DNA of 64,000 nucleotides from Patescibacteria group bacterium (GCA_035506195.1 DATJPV010000023.1:1050-65049), one strand, 5' to 3'; numbered from the stretch's first letter, positions 12,380-22,356 are shown. A program made the numbers and translations. Notes: generated by a model not told the origin, from the sequence alone.

Positions 12380-13165
12380 TCAGCTGGATGCCAGGTATAT
12401 GAATTCCTCAAGGCTCAATTGCTCCGGGCGCACGCCGTGATCATGACGGAAGGCCCTGAAAAAATGCTCCAGTTTCTGACGGCAAACTACGCCGGCGAGG
12501 CTGTTGCGTAAAGTCTTTCTCCTCTGATTGAATGCCGCGCGGATGATTTTGAAAAGCAGGCGTTCATCGATATGGGCCTGGCCGGGATACGGACGGGGCC
12601 GTATGTGCAAGAAACAGGAATCGATCTTCGGTGCCGGCCGGAAACAGCTACGCGTAATGTAAAACATTATTTTGGGTTCGGCATGATAGCGGACAAAACA
12701 ACTTAAACTGCCGTATTCCTTGGAGCCGGCAGCAGAGCAAACCCTGCGGCCGAATTCTTTCTGGACGGTAATATAGATATCCGAGACAAGGTCGCGGTAT
12801 TGCAAAAGGTTTTCGATGATCGGCGTGCTTATGTAATACGGGATATTCCCGATGACCTTTATCTTCGTGCCTGAACCGCCGATCTCTTTTTTAAGATCGA
12901 GCTTCAAGACGTCCCGGTTGACGATTACCAGATTAGAGGCTTCTTTGCACTCCTCTTTTACGATAGCCGCTAGCGCCGGGTCGAGTTCGACGGCATAGAC
13001 TTTCGCTGCCTGGGCGGCCAGCATGCGGGTCAGCTCCCCCCTGCCCGCGCCGATCTCCACCAGCACATCAGAAGGGTGGATCTGGCAGGCAGAAACGATC
13101 TTCCTGCGGATGTTGGCGTCGATAAGAAAATTTTGGCCTAGTCTTTTTTTTGGTTTAGGGTGCAT
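12380..13165 (-). CDS. rsmA: 16S rRNA (adenine1518/1519-N6)-dimethyltransferase RsmA/KsgA
   Basis: 261 aa. LGQNFLID motif near the N-terminus and a SAM-binding VLEIGAGRGELT motif. Conserved surA-pdxA-ksgA order. Confidence 0.93.
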   Translation of the reverse strand: MHPKPKKRLGQNFLIDANIRRKIVSACQIHPSDVLVEIGAGRGELTRMLAAQAAKVYAVELDPALAAIVKEECKEASNLVIVNRDVLKLDLKKEIGGSGTKIKVIGNIPYYISTPIIENLLQYRDLVSDIYITVQKEFGRRVCSAAGSKEYGSLSCFVRYHAEPKIMFYITRSCFRPAPKIDSCFLHIRPRPYPGQAHIDERLLFKIIRAAFNQRRKTLRNSLAGVVCRQKLEHFFRAFRHDHGVRPEQLSLEEFIYLASS

Positions 13166-14121
13166 TGTATGGCGGTTTTGATTGCGGCAATTAAGGAATC
13201 CGGGCAGGCCAAGGGCCTGCCGGCGATATCGAACGCCGTGCCGTGTAACGGAGACGTCCTTACAAAAGGCAACCCCAGCGTCATGTTAACGCCTTCATGG
13301 GGCGTAGAAAGTTTCAGGGGTATAAGCGCCTGGTCGTGATACATGGCGATAACGCAATCATACTCCCCTTTCCGGGCGGCGGCAATAGCCACATCCGCAG
13401 GCTCGGGCCCGGCCAGATTGGCAATGCTGCGCTGCAGTTGTTTAACCACCGGCGCAATGACCGCACGCTCCTCCCCGCCGAGCAGGCCGTTATCGGAAGC
13501 ATGGGGATTCAAGCCGCAGACAACGATCCGGGGGGAAGGTATGCCAAACAGGCTCTTTAGCGCCTCAGCCGAAATGCGGATTACCGTGCGCACATAGTTT
13601 GCTTCGATTGCCTCCGGCACGCCTCTTATGGGGAGGTGGCGCGTTACCAGCCCGATCTTAAGATGCCGGTTGAGCAGCATCATCACATAATCTTTTACGG
13701 CAGTGCGCGCGGCAAGGTACTCGGTATGCCCCGAAAATCCCCCGTATCCCGCGCGGCTCACCGCCTCCTTCGAGATCGGGCAGGTAACCAGGCAATCCAG
13801 CTGCCCGGCGCCGAGCATCTCCAGGGCCGCATCCAGGTATTCGATAGAAGCCTTTCCATGTGCGGCCCTGATGCGGCCGAATGCGAATGTTTTCTTGCGG
13901 ACATTCGCCAGATCGATGAAATTGGCGCCGTATACGGGCTTCCTGCCGAAAGATGCCCGGTCGAAAACCCACCTGTCCCCTATAACGACAAACTGCGCCT
14001 TCCCTTTTAATGCCTCCAGCGCACGCGCAGTAATGTAGGGGCCTATCCCGGCGGGGTCTCCGATGGTAATGCCGACCCTAAGGTTAGAAGATCTTGATAT
14101 AGGCTTTCTGTTTGAGCTCAT
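13138..14121 (-). CDS. pdxA: 4-hydroxythreonine-4-phosphate dehydrogenase PdxA
   Basis: 327 aa. ITIGDPAGIGP near the N-terminus and HTEYL / NPHAS regions typical of PdxA. Lies between the surA-like gene and ksgA. The precise start is uncertain because of overlaps with both neighbours. Confidence 0.88.
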   Translation of the reverse strand: MSSNRKPISRSSNLRVGITIGDPAGIGPYITARALEALKGKAQFVVIGDRWVFDRASFGRKPVYGANFIDLANVRKKTFAFGRIRAAHGKASIEYLDAALEMLGAGQLDCLVTCPISKEAVSRAGYGGFSGHTEYLAARTAVKDYVMMLLNRHLKIGLVTRHLPIRGVPEAIEANYVRTVIRISAEALKSLFGIPSPRIVVCGLNPHASDNGLLGGEERAVIAPVVKQLQRSIANLAGPEPADVAIAAARKGEYDCVIAMYHDQALIPLKLSTPHEGVNMTLGLPFVRTSPLHGTAFDIAGRPLACPDSLIAAIKTAIQCTLNQKKD

Positions 14122-14998
14122 CTACGAACGAACTTAGCTTTTCTTGCATTTTCCTGTCGAAAAGGAAGGCGTAAATGCGTTCCTGGACTTCGGGAAGGGC
14201 TTGCTGTTTTGGCGGGATAATCGCATTGACTTTGAAGATATAGTATTTCTTTTCGATTTCCACGGGCCCGGCTATTTCGTTGAGGCCCGTTTTGAAAACA
14301 ATATCCTCGATCTCTTTTTTTAGTTGTCCGCCCTTAAGCGCGCTCATTGTATTGACGCTTACGCTGTCTGATTGCACGGACCCCGAGTTTTTAAGTTTTT
14401 GAAAAGCCTCATCCGCGGCATGCGCATCTTCGGTGACCACGGTATCGAAGCGCCTCTCCTCCGGGACCGCAAATTCCGCGATGTGCTGCTGATAGAATTC
14501 GGTCACCTCGGCCGGCTTGACCGTAATGCGGTTCTTGATTTGCGAGTCGATAAAATAATACATTATCATCTGCTCTTTGATCTTTGATTCTACATCCGCG
14601 ATAGTCAGCCCCTGCTTGGTCAGGGCCTCCTGAAACTGGCCGTCCGAGGCGTAGCGGTGCTTGATCTCGTTTATCCTGCTGGTTACCCTGTTGGGATCGA
14701 GTTTCAAGTTGCTCTTCCTGGCCTCCTGAACGATGAGGCGGTCCTCGATCAGTTTCTCCAAGAGGTCCTTCTTCATCGAATCCAGCTTTGCCTCAAGCTC
14801 CCGGCCCTGGTATTCGGTTTGATATTGCATGCGCGTAAAACTGATAAAATCGTTAAGGTCCTTGACGGTAATAACATCCTTATTGACGATCGCGGCAATC
14901 TTGTCTTCGGCAAAGACAAAACTCTGCCGAGCCATCCCTCCGGATAGAAACACACACGCAACCAGGATCATCAAGCCTAAGTTTCCGTATTTTTTCAT
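14084..14998 (-). CDS. SurA-like periplasmic chaperone / parvulin-type PPIase
   Basis: 304 aa. Signal peptide (MKKYGNLGLMILVACVFLSG), a SurA N-terminal-like helical region, and one parvulin-like module (GPVEIEKKYYIFKV). Its position upstream of pdxA-ksgA matches the E. coli surA-pdxA-ksgA order. Confidence 0.7.
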   Translation of the reverse strand: MKKYGNLGLMILVACVFLSGGMARQSFVFAEDKIAAIVNKDVITVKDLNDFISFTRMQYQTEYQGRELEAKLDSMKKDLLEKLIEDRLIVQEARKSNLKLDPNRVTSRINEIKHRYASDGQFQEALTKQGLTIADVESKIKEQMIMYYFIDSQIKNRITVKPAEVTEFYQQHIAEFAVPEERRFDTVVTEDAHAADEAFQKLKNSGSVQSDSVSVNTMSALKGGQLKKEIEDIVFKTGLNEIAGPVEIEKKYYIFKVNAIIPPKQQALPEVQERIYAFLFDRKMQEKLSSFVDELKQKAYIKIF

Positions 14999-15000
14999 TT

Positions 15001-16902
15001 TTAGGATCCTTTAGTGATGCCGATCTTGTTGAAATTACTGATCGCCTCTTTCAAAAGGCGACAGTACAGGTCGAATCCGACCGCAGAAATAAAACCGTGC
15101 TGCTGGATCCCCAGGAGATTTCCCGCCCCTCTCATTTCCAGGTCCTCCATAGCGATCCTGAAACCCGAGCCCAGCGCCGAGTGCTCCTGGATGGCGCTCA
15201 AGCGCTTCCTGGCATCGCTGTCGATAGGGTCGTTCTTGGGGATCATAAAATACGCATACGCAGGACGGTCGAACCTGCCGACCCTGCCGCGTAGTTGATG
15301 CAGGTCGGAAAGGCCGAAAGTGTGGGCGTTATTCACGATGATCGTATTAGCGTTGGGCATATCGATACCGGATTCGATAATCATGGTACACAGCAGCACA
15401 TCGACCTTGCCGCTTAAGAATTCAAGCATCACCGCCTCAAGGACCCGCGCAGGCATCTGTCCGTGCGCAACCGCGATCTTAACGCCGGCAGGCAGTATCC
15501 GTAAGATCCTTTCGTGGATTTTCTCGATATTCTGGACCCGGTTGTGCAGAAAGTACACCTGCCCCTTGCGTTTCAGCTCTCGGGTGATTGCCTGGCGGAT
15601 CAAATCTTCATCATATTCTACCACAATACTTTTTATGGGCAACCTATTTTGTGGCGGGGTATTAAGGAGTGACAGGTCACGGGCGCCCATAAGGCTCATG
15701 TATAACGTACGCGGGATAGGCGTGGCAGTCAGCGTCAGTACATCCGCCATAAGCCTCATTCCTTTCAGTTTTTCTTTGGCCCTGACGCCGAATCTTTGCT
15801 CCTCATCGATGATCACCAGGCCCAGGTTCTTGAAGCTCACATCGGCCGACAAGAGCCGATGGGTGCCGATGACGATATCGACCGTACCGTTCTTAAGGCC
15901 TTCGATGATGGAATCCTGCTGGGCCTTGGTCTTGAAACGGGACAACATCTCTACCTCGACGGGAAAATCCTTCAAGCGCTGAGTAAAATTCTGGTAATGC
16001 TGTTCCGCCAGGATCGTCGTAGGCACCAGATACGCCACTTGCCTGTTGTCCATCACCGCTTTAAAGGCGGCGCGCATGGCTACTTCGGTTTTGCCGTATC
16101 CGACGTCGCCGCATAAAAGCCGGTCCATGGGCTTGGCGGATTCCATGTCGGCCTTGACCTCTTGGGTTACCTTGGATTGATCCGGCGTTTCGCTGTAAGG
16201 AAACGTTGCCTCGAATTGGGCCTGCCACGGGGTATCCTGCGCATAGGAAAAACCGGATACCGTCATGCGCATAGCCTGTAGCGATAGCAACTCCCAGGCA
16301 AGTTTTTGCACGCCCTTCTTGACGGTCTCCTTGAGCCGGCCCCACTCCTTTGAACCCAGGCGGCTAAGCCGGGGCCTGCGCGCCTGAAAGGCGACATACT
16401 TTTGCAGCAGGTGTATCTCTTCGACCGGCACATAGAGTTTTTCCTGCCGGTCGTATTCTATAACCAGGTGGTCTTTCCGGCCCAGGCTCGTCTGGAGTTT
16501 ATCCAGGCCGAGGAACCGGCCGATGCCGTGCTGGGTATGTACGACGTAGTCGCCCAGCTGCAGATCGACAAAACTGTCGATGGGGAAATCTTCCCGGAAG
16601 GTAGAGGTCTTAAGCGGGTGGCTTTCCTTAAAGGGCAGGATGATCACCATTTGATGGGACCAGAGGGCATTGCCGTCTGAAGGATCGAAGGTCTTCAGCG
16701 CGACAACCGCATCCCCGTCCAGCTCAATACGGATGGGCAGCTCAAAGGTAGAAGGAAATATGTCCAGGATACCGCCCCGGCGGGCAAAATCGCCCTCCTG
16801 GAGGACGCGCTCCTGCCTTTTATAGCCGAATGCAACGAGGATAGAGCAGGCCTCTTCAAGATCGACCGCGCCGCCTGCGTATATTTTGAGGGATTTAAAC
16901 AT
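15001..16902 (-). CDS. mfd: Transcription-repair coupling factor (Mfd)-like ATPase, shortened form (~633 aa)
   Basis: UvrB-like segment RGGILDIFPS...PIRIELDGDAVVAL, a CarD/RID-like domain (GDYVVHTQHGIGRFLGL), and superfamily-2 motifs GDVGYGKTEVA, DEEQRFG, TLTATPIPRTL, RGRVGRFDRPAYAYF. The start is chosen at MFKSLKIY (complement of 16900-16902), because the longer ORF would run through the secDF terminator and overlap secDF. Confidence 0.8.
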   Translation of the reverse strand: MFKSLKIYAGGAVDLEEACSILVAFGYKRQERVLQEGDFARRGGILDIFPSTFELPIRIELDGDAVVALKTFDPSDGNALWSHQMVIILPFKESHPLKTSTFREDFPIDSFVDLQLGDYVVHTQHGIGRFLGLDKLQTSLGRKDHLVIEYDRQEKLYVPVEEIHLLQKYVAFQARRPRLSRLGSKEWGRLKETVKKGVQKLAWELLSLQAMRMTVSGFSYAQDTPWQAQFEATFPYSETPDQSKVTQEVKADMESAKPMDRLLCGDVGYGKTEVAMRAAFKAVMDNRQVAYLVPTTILAEQHYQNFTQRLKDFPVEVEMLSRFKTKAQQDSIIEGLKNGTVDIVIGTHRLLSADVSFKNLGLVIIDEEQRFGVRAKEKLKGMRLMADVLTLTATPIPRTLYMSLMGARDLSLLNTPPQNRLPIKSIVVEYDEDLIRQAITRELKRKGQVYFLHNRVQNIEKIHERILRILPAGVKIAVAHGQMPARVLEAVMLEFLSGKVDVLLCTMIIESGIDMPNANTIIVNNAHTFGLSDLHQLRGRVGRFDRPAYAYFMIPKNDPIDSDARKRLSAIQEHSALGSGFRIAMEDLEMRGAGNLLGIQQHGFISAVGFDLYCRLLKEAISNFNKIGITKGS

Positions 16903-16918
16903 GCGGATAATAAATAAA

Positions 16919-16974
16919 ACCGGGGACGTTTCTGGTTTTTCAGCAGCACGCACGAAAAACCCGAAACGTCCCCG
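16919..16974 (-). terminator. Hairpin terminator downstream of secDF
   Basis: Inverted repeat ccggggacgtttc (16919-16931) and gaaacgtccccgg (16962-16974) with a loop of about 30 nt. On the minus strand it is followed by a T-rich tract (…CCCCGGTTTTATTTATT). It lies between the secDF stop and the mfd start. Confidence 0.5.
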
Positions 16975-16985
16975 GTTTTTTACGA

Positions 16986-19202
16986 CTAGACCCGATGCGG
17001 CGTCTTCCCTGTGCCCTTGCTCCACGCCAACACCAATGGCGAGGCGATGTAGACGGTGGAATACGCACCGCAAATGAAACCGACAAAAAGCGCAAACGCG
17101 AAATTACTCAAGACCTCCCCGCCGAAGAAAAATATCGCGACAACGACGAAAAGCGTTACCCCCGTCGTCAGGATCGTCCTGGACATGCACTGGTTTACGC
17201 TTAAATTAATAAGATCATAAAGGCTCATTTTTCTCATCGACCGGGCATTCTCCCTGACGCGGTCATAGATAACAATGGTATCGTTGATCGAATAACCGGC
17301 GATGGTCAGAAAGGCCGTCACGCTCAACAGGTCTATTTCTCTGCCGGTAAGGCTCATCATACCCAGGGCTACCAGCACATCGTGGAACAAGGCGATGATG
17401 CCCGCGACGGCAAAATTCAAATGCTTGAAACGGAATCCTACATACACCAGGATCCCCGCCATCGACCAGATAATCGCCTGGATGGCTTTGCCTTTGAGGT
17501 GCTTGCCTGCGACCGGGCCCACATGTTCGATGCGCAGTATCTGGATATCCTGGCCGGGAAAGGCCTCTTTTAATTTCGCGGTAAGTACCTGGTTCCTGTC
17601 CTCCGAGGTCCTGATCAAAAGGACGCGCGGGTTATCCTTGAACTGCTGGAGGGATACGTCGCTAAGATTCAGGCCCTTTATTATCTGTCGTACGGCGTCG
17701 ATGGGCGGCGGGGTCTTGAAACTATACTCCTGAAGCTGTCCGCCGGAAAAATCGATCCCGTAGGCCTTGTGGCCCTTCATGAAGAAAGAAGTCAGCCCTA
17801 CGACGGTGATCAGTATCGACAGCGCGTAGAATATCCGCCGCTTGCTGATGTAATCCAGCTTCGGTTCTTTGATCAACCTGAACATCGGCAGCGATTTGAC
17901 GAGGTTATAATCCAGAAGGATCTCGAAGATCGTGCGCGTTACGACGATGGCGGTGAACATGCTCACCGTAAGACCGATGGTCAAGGTCACGGCAAAACCT
18001 CGGATAGGGCCGGTGCCGAACTGGAACAAAAGGAGCGCGGCGATCAAAGTAGTAAGGTTGGAATCAAGGATCGCACTGAAGGCCCGGTTATACCCGTTGG
18101 CGATGGCCGCGCGCAAGGTCTTGCCCAGAGCGACCTCTTCGCGGATACGCTCATTAATGAGGACATTGGCGTCGACTGCCATGCCCAGCGACAGCGCGAT
18201 ACCGGCGATACCGGGCAGCGTCAAGGTAGCCGAGATCCCCGGGAAAAAATGAGGCAGCATCCCTAAGACACCCAGGGTCATCAGCAGGTTAAGCATGAGC
18301 GCGATATCCGAGATAACGCCGGCCAAAAGATAATAGCACGCCATAAAAACGAGGACTATCCCGGTACCGATGATGCTGGCGCGGACACCCTTGTTGATGG
18401 AATCCTGTCCCAGGAGCGGGCCGATGGTCCGCTCTTCCTCGATGTACATCGGGGCAGGTAACGCGCCGACCCTTAACACCAACGCCAGGTCCTGCGCCTG
18501 GGGCACGTCAAAATGACCGGTAATGACCGCTTCTCCGGAAGGGATCGCTTCCTTGATACGCGGAGCGGATTGCACTTTGCCGTCAAGGACAATCGCCAGC
18601 CTCTTGCCTACGTTGGCGGCGGTTATCTCGGCGAACTTCTTGGCGCCTTCGGCATTGAATTCCAGGCCGACCACGGGCTCATTAAAACCGCCCTGGCTGA
18701 AACGTACGCTTGCGTTAACGATCTTGTCGCCGGTCAAGGCCGCCGCCTTCTCCAGCAACAGCGGCTCATGGTCCTCTTGGGAGTACTTTAGCTCATACCC
18801 CTCCGGAGGGTTGCCTTCAATGGCAAGTTTAAGCTTGTCGGCATCCGGGGATACAAGCTTGAATTCCAATAACGCGGTCTTGCCGATAAGGTCTATCGCG
18901 CGCTCTCTGTCGGTGACCCCCGGCAATTGCACGACTATCTCGTCGGCCCCCTGCTTCTGGATCGAGGCCTCCCGGACTCCGAACTCGTCAATCCGGTTAC
19001 GGATCACTTCCAGCGCCCGATCCGCAGCCTCTTCCTTTGCCTTTTCCGAAAGGTGGGCGGTATCAACTTTAAGCAACAGGTGCATCCCGCCTTGTAAGTC
19101 AAGGCCTAAGTTGATCCGCTTTTGCAAAGGGAATGAAAAGTAGCCGCAGAGCAGGCATACCCCCAGAATCGCGATTGCTTTTAAGAAAAGTTTTTTTGTC
19201 AT
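16986..19202 (-). CDS. secDF: Protein translocase subunit SecDF (fused SecD-SecF)
   Basis: 738 aa. N-terminal SecD region (LGLDLQGGMHLLLKVD…), a periplasmic domain, then a SecF-like C-terminal half with 12 predicted TM helices in total. Lies downstream of yajC. Confidence 0.93.
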   Translation of the reverse strand: MTKKLFLKAIAILGVCLLCGYFSFPLQKRINLGLDLQGGMHLLLKVDTAHLSEKAKEEAADRALEVIRNRIDEFGVREASIQKQGADEIVVQLPGVTDRERAIDLIGKTALLEFKLVSPDADKLKLAIEGNPPEGYELKYSQEDHEPLLLEKAAALTGDKIVNASVRFSQGGFNEPVVGLEFNAEGAKKFAEITAANVGKRLAIVLDGKVQSAPRIKEAIPSGEAVITGHFDVPQAQDLALVLRVGALPAPMYIEEERTIGPLLGQDSINKGVRASIIGTGIVLVFMACYYLLAGVISDIALMLNLLMTLGVLGMLPHFFPGISATLTLPGIAGIALSLGMAVDANVLINERIREEVALGKTLRAAIANGYNRAFSAILDSNLTTLIAALLLFQFGTGPIRGFAVTLTIGLTVSMFTAIVVTRTIFEILLDYNLVKSLPMFRLIKEPKLDYISKRRIFYALSILITVVGLTSFFMKGHKAYGIDFSGGQLQEYSFKTPPPIDAVRQIIKGLNLSDVSLQQFKDNPRVLLIRTSEDRNQVLTAKLKEAFPGQDIQILRIEHVGPVAGKHLKGKAIQAIIWSMAGILVYVGFRFKHLNFAVAGIIALFHDVLVALGMMSLTGREIDLLSVTAFLTIAGYSINDTIVIYDRVRENARSMRKMSLYDLINLSVNQCMSRTILTTGVTLFVVVAIFFFGGEVLSNFAFALFVGFICGAYSTVYIASPLVLAWSKGTGKTPHRV

Positions 19203-19204
19203 AG

Positions 19205-19501
19205 CTAGGCTCCCGGGTTCTCGCTCTGGGCCTTCTTGCGATAGGCGATAGCACTTTTTTCCACTTCGATCTTCACGTTTTCATCGATCCGTACGATCAA
19301 AGTCTTTTCTTTGACGTTAACGATAGTCCCGTGGATGCCTCCGGAAGTTACGACTTCGTCGTTCTTGTTGAGGTTGGAGATCATCGTCGCGTGCTCTTTC
19401 TCCTTTTGCCGTTGAGGGCGAAAGATGAGGAAATAGAAAATAATAAACACAAAAACCAGCGGTATCGCATTAACGAACCCTGCGAGTTGTTGGTTAGGCA
19501 T
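19205..19501 (-). CDS. yajC: Preprotein translocase subunit YajC
   Basis: 98 aa. Single TM helix then VVTSGGIHGTIVNVKEKTLIVRIDENVKIEVEKSAI, typical of YajC. Immediately upstream of secDF. Confidence 0.9.
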   Translation of the reverse strand: MPNQQLAGFVNAIPLVFVFIIFYFLIFRPQRQKEKEHATMISNLNKNDEVVTSGGIHGTIVNVKEKTLIVRIDENVKIEVEKSAIAYRKKAQSENPGA

Positions 19502-19748
19502 GAGCCACCTCCTTCGATGCCTTTTTTATTATGTGCTTGACCGTCTCGGAGGGCTGGGCGCCTTTTTTGAGCCAAAATTCCACTCGTTCACGCTTGATCT
19601 TGGTAGCGCCTTTCAAGGGACTATAAAATCCCAGCTCTTCGATAACGCTGGAGTCGCGGCCGCTGGTCTCGTTAAAAACCGAGATACGAAAATGCGGGTC
19701 TTTTTTGGGGTTCTTGCCTATCCTTCTTAAACGTATGCGTACTGCCAT
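19494..19748 (-). CDS. rpsP: 30S ribosomal protein S16
   Basis: 84 aa. MAVRIRLRRIGKNPKKDPHFRISVF…EELGFYSPL matches the S16 family. Confidence 0.93.
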   Translation of the reverse strand: MAVRIRLRRIGKNPKKDPHFRISVFNETSGRDSSVIEELGFYSPLKGATKIKRERVEFWLKKGAQPSETVKHIIKKASKEVAHA

Positions 19749-19763
19749 TGTGTGGTTCCTCCT

Positions 19764-21254
19764 TTATTGTGTAATTGCCTCTACTAAGGCCTTGGCCTTA
19801 TTCACCGATTCGCGATGCTCCTTTGCGGGAACGGAATCCGCAACGATGCCGGCTCCCGCCTGGATGTAGGCGACGCCGTCTTTTATCGCGATGGTCCTGA
19901 TGGTGATGCACGTATCCATGTTATGCGAAAAACTGAAATACCCGACGCAGCCTGCGTATATCGAACGCCTATCCGGCTCCAACTCGTCGATGATCTCCAT
20001 GGCGCGGATCTTCGGGCTGCCGGATACGGTACCGGCAGGAAAACAGGCGCGCAGGACATCATACGCATCGTAGCGGCGCTCCAGATGCCCCCTGACTTCG
20101 CTTACCAGGTGCATTACATGCGAGTACCTTTCCACGGCCATGAATTCGCTTACTTCGACCTGGCCGGGCTTACATACCCTGCCTAAGTCATTCCTACCCA
20201 GGTCAACCAGCATAAGGTGCTCCGCCCTTTCCTTGGTGTCATGCAACAATTGCTGCTCCAGCAGGCGGTCCTCTTCTTCGCTCTTGCCCCGGGGCCTTGT
20301 GCCGGCTATGGGGCGGGTCTGGACCAGCCCGTCTTCGCAACGAACCAGCATCTCGGGAGAAGTCCCGATGAGAACTACGTCTTTAAATTGTAAAAAGAAC
20401 ATATAGGGCGAAGGATTAAGGCTGCGTACATTCCGGTAGATGTCGAACGGCTGTTTTTGCAGCTTAAGCCGGAACCGCTGCGACAGCACTACCTGGATGA
20501 TATCCCCTCTTTTTATGTAAGCCTTTGCCTTGGTGACGATAGAGGCGAAATCGGACTTGGTGAAATTCGAACTTATGCGTAAGGGCTTGGCTGCGGGCCC
20601 TTGTTTTCTTGCGTGCGCGACCGCGCTTTTGTCGAAAGCCTGCTGGATCGATTCGATCTTGGCGCAGGCCTTACGGTAGATCCGGGACTTTTGCGCCCGG
20701 GAAAGGGGCTTCTGCGTGCCCTGCGGAAGCATCGCATTTGCGACGATCTTTATGGTATGATTGACGTGGTCAAAAATCAGTATAGTGTCGGTAAGAATGA
20801 AGATCGAATCGGGCAATCCCAGGGTATCGGGATTCTTATCGGGAAGCTCTTCGAAGAACCTGACCATGTCGTAGCCGATATACCCTACAAAGCCTCCGTA
20901 AAACCGCGGCAGCCCTTTGACCGGTACCGTCTTAAACCCCTTCATGATCTTTTTTATTTCATCCAGGGGGTCGGTACCGGTGGTAAAGCGGACGGTGCGC
21001 GCCTGCGGATAACACAATTCGATATTCCGGCCCTTGCTCTTGAATACCAGCGCCGGAGCGCTGCCCAAGAATGAATACCGGGCAATCTTTTCCTGACCTT
21101 CCACGGACTCCAGCAAAAAGGCATAATCAGACTTTTTTGTTTTCAGGAATGCCGAAACCGGCGTATCCAGGTCCGCATTTATTTCCTTATATATAGGAAT
21201 AATGTTGCCTTTACGGCACAGCTGCAAAAAATCTTTCAGGCAAGGATAGCACAT
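19764..21254 (-). CDS. Chorismate-binding enzyme of the anthranilate synthase component I family (TrpE/PabB-like)
   Basis: 496 aa. C-terminal chorismate-binding signature (…LVDLGRNDLGRVCKPGQVEV…AGTVSGSPKIRAMEIIDELE…GYFSFSHNMDTCITIRTI…). No trpG/pabA partner is adjacent, so TrpE versus PabB cannot be decided from sequence. Confidence 0.8.
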   Translation of the reverse strand: MCYPCLKDFLQLCRKGNIIPIYKEINADLDTPVSAFLKTKKSDYAFLLESVEGQEKIARYSFLGSAPALVFKSKGRNIELCYPQARTVRFTTGTDPLDEIKKIMKGFKTVPVKGLPRFYGGFVGYIGYDMVRFFEELPDKNPDTLGLPDSIFILTDTILIFDHVNHTIKIVANAMLPQGTQKPLSRAQKSRIYRKACAKIESIQQAFDKSAVAHARKQGPAAKPLRISSNFTKSDFASIVTKAKAYIKRGDIIQVVLSQRFRLKLQKQPFDIYRNVRSLNPSPYMFFLQFKDVVLIGTSPEMLVRCEDGLVQTRPIAGTRPRGKSEEEDRLLEQQLLHDTKERAEHLMLVDLGRNDLGRVCKPGQVEVSEFMAVERYSHVMHLVSEVRGHLERRYDAYDVLRACFPAGTVSGSPKIRAMEIIDELEPDRRSIYAGCVGYFSFSHNMDTCITIRTIAIKDGVAYIQAGAGIVADSVPAKEHRESVNKAKALVEAITQ

Positions 21255-21262
21255 CTGTCTTC

Positions 21263-21598
21263 CTACGCGATCCTCCTATAGAAACATGAACGGCTGCCGG
21301 TGTGGCATGCGGCTCCCACTTGCCGTACCTTGATCAGCAACGCATCCATATCGCAATCGTAAGCGATGGACTTGACAAACTGATAGTGCCCGGAGGTGAG
21401 CCCTTTAACCCAGTATTCTTTCCTTGAGCGCGACCAAAAACAGGTCTTGCCGGACCGGATGGTACGCCGCAGGGATTCCGCGTTCATATACGCCACCATC
21501 AGGACATCGCGATTCTTGTAGTCCTGGATGATCGCCGGGATGAGCCCCTTGCGGTCAAACTTTAATGTGTTAATCGCAAACTTCGGTTTTTTGCTCAT
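21263..21598 (-). CDS. hisI: Phosphoribosyl-AMP cyclohydrolase HisI
   Basis: 111 aa. HisI-like sequence (…[22 protein letters not shown]…CHTGSRSCF) lacking a HisE extension. Overlaps hisF by 4 nt. Confidence 0.88.
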   Translation of the reverse strand: MSKKPKFAINTLKFDRKGLIPAIIQDYKNRDVLMVAYMNAESLRRTIRSGKTCFWSRSRKEYWVKGLTSGHYQFVKSIAYDCDMDALLIKVRQVGAACHTGSRSCFYRRIA

Positions 21599-22350
21599 AA
21601 TCGCACTGCAACCCCTCTCTTGGCAAGGTACTCCTTTACGTCTTGCACGGAATATTCCTGATAATGAAAAATAGAAGCAGCCAGGCCTGCGCTGGCCTGT
21701 CCATCGGTCAATACCTGGTAGAAATGCTCCACTGTCCCGGCCCCTCCCGAGGCAATCACCGGAATAGCCACGGAGGCGGCCACTGCCCTGGTAAGCGCAA
21801 GGTCATAACCGTCTTTGGTGCCGTCATAGTCCATACTGGTCAAGAGTATCTCTCCGGCACCCAGGCCTGCGGCTTGCCGGGCCCATTGCAGCGCATCCAG
21901 GCCGGTCGGGGTCCTGCCGCCGTTGATGTATACCTCCCAGGAATCCCGGTTCTTCTTCGCATCGATAGCCGCCACAATGCACTGGCTGCCGAATCGCTTT
22001 GAAGAAGAGGCGATCAGATCCGGGTCCTTTACCGCTGCGGTATTGATGGAAACCTTATCCGCCCCGGCGTTCAGCAGGTCCCGGATGTCTTCGATGCCGC
22101 GGATGCCGCCGCCCACAGTAAAGGGCATATAGATATTTACCGCGATCTCTTCAACCAGCGCAATCAGGGTTTTACGCTGCTGGAAGCTGGCGGTAATATC
22201 CAGGAATACCAGCTCATCGGCCTTCTGCCGGTCATAGGCCTTTGCGACTTCAACCGGATCCCCGGCATCCCGCAACCCTAAAAACTTGACGCCCTTTACG
22301 ACCCGGCCATCCTTAATATCCAAACACGGGATAATGCGTTTGGTAAGCAC
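21595..22350 (-). CDS. hisF: Imidazole glycerol phosphate synthase cyclase subunit HisF
   Basis: 251 aa. [19 protein letters not shown]…FTVGGGIR…ASGGAG (beta/alpha-barrel HisF signature). Confidence 0.95.
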   Translation of the reverse strand: MLTKRIIPCLDIKDGRVVKGVKFLGLRDAGDPVEVAKAYDRQKADELVFLDITASFQQRKTLIALVEEIAVNIYMPFTVGGGIRGIEDIRDLLNAGADKVSINTAAVKDPDLIASSSKRFGSQCIVAAIDAKKNRDSWEVYINGGRTPTGLDALQWARQAAGLGAGEILLTSMDYDGTKDGYDLALTRAVAASVAIPVIASGGAGTVEHFYQVLTDGQASAGLAASIFHYQEYSVQDVKEYLAKRGVAVRL

Positions 22351-22356
22351 GTGATA

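Noticed and set aside
15001-17073. 690-aa version of the mfd ORF extending upstream to 17073
   Set aside because: The extra 57 codons (MRCVFHRLHRLAIG…) run through the secDF terminator hairpin and overlap the secDF 3' end by 88 nt. Conservation begins at MFKSLKIY, so the start was set at 16902.
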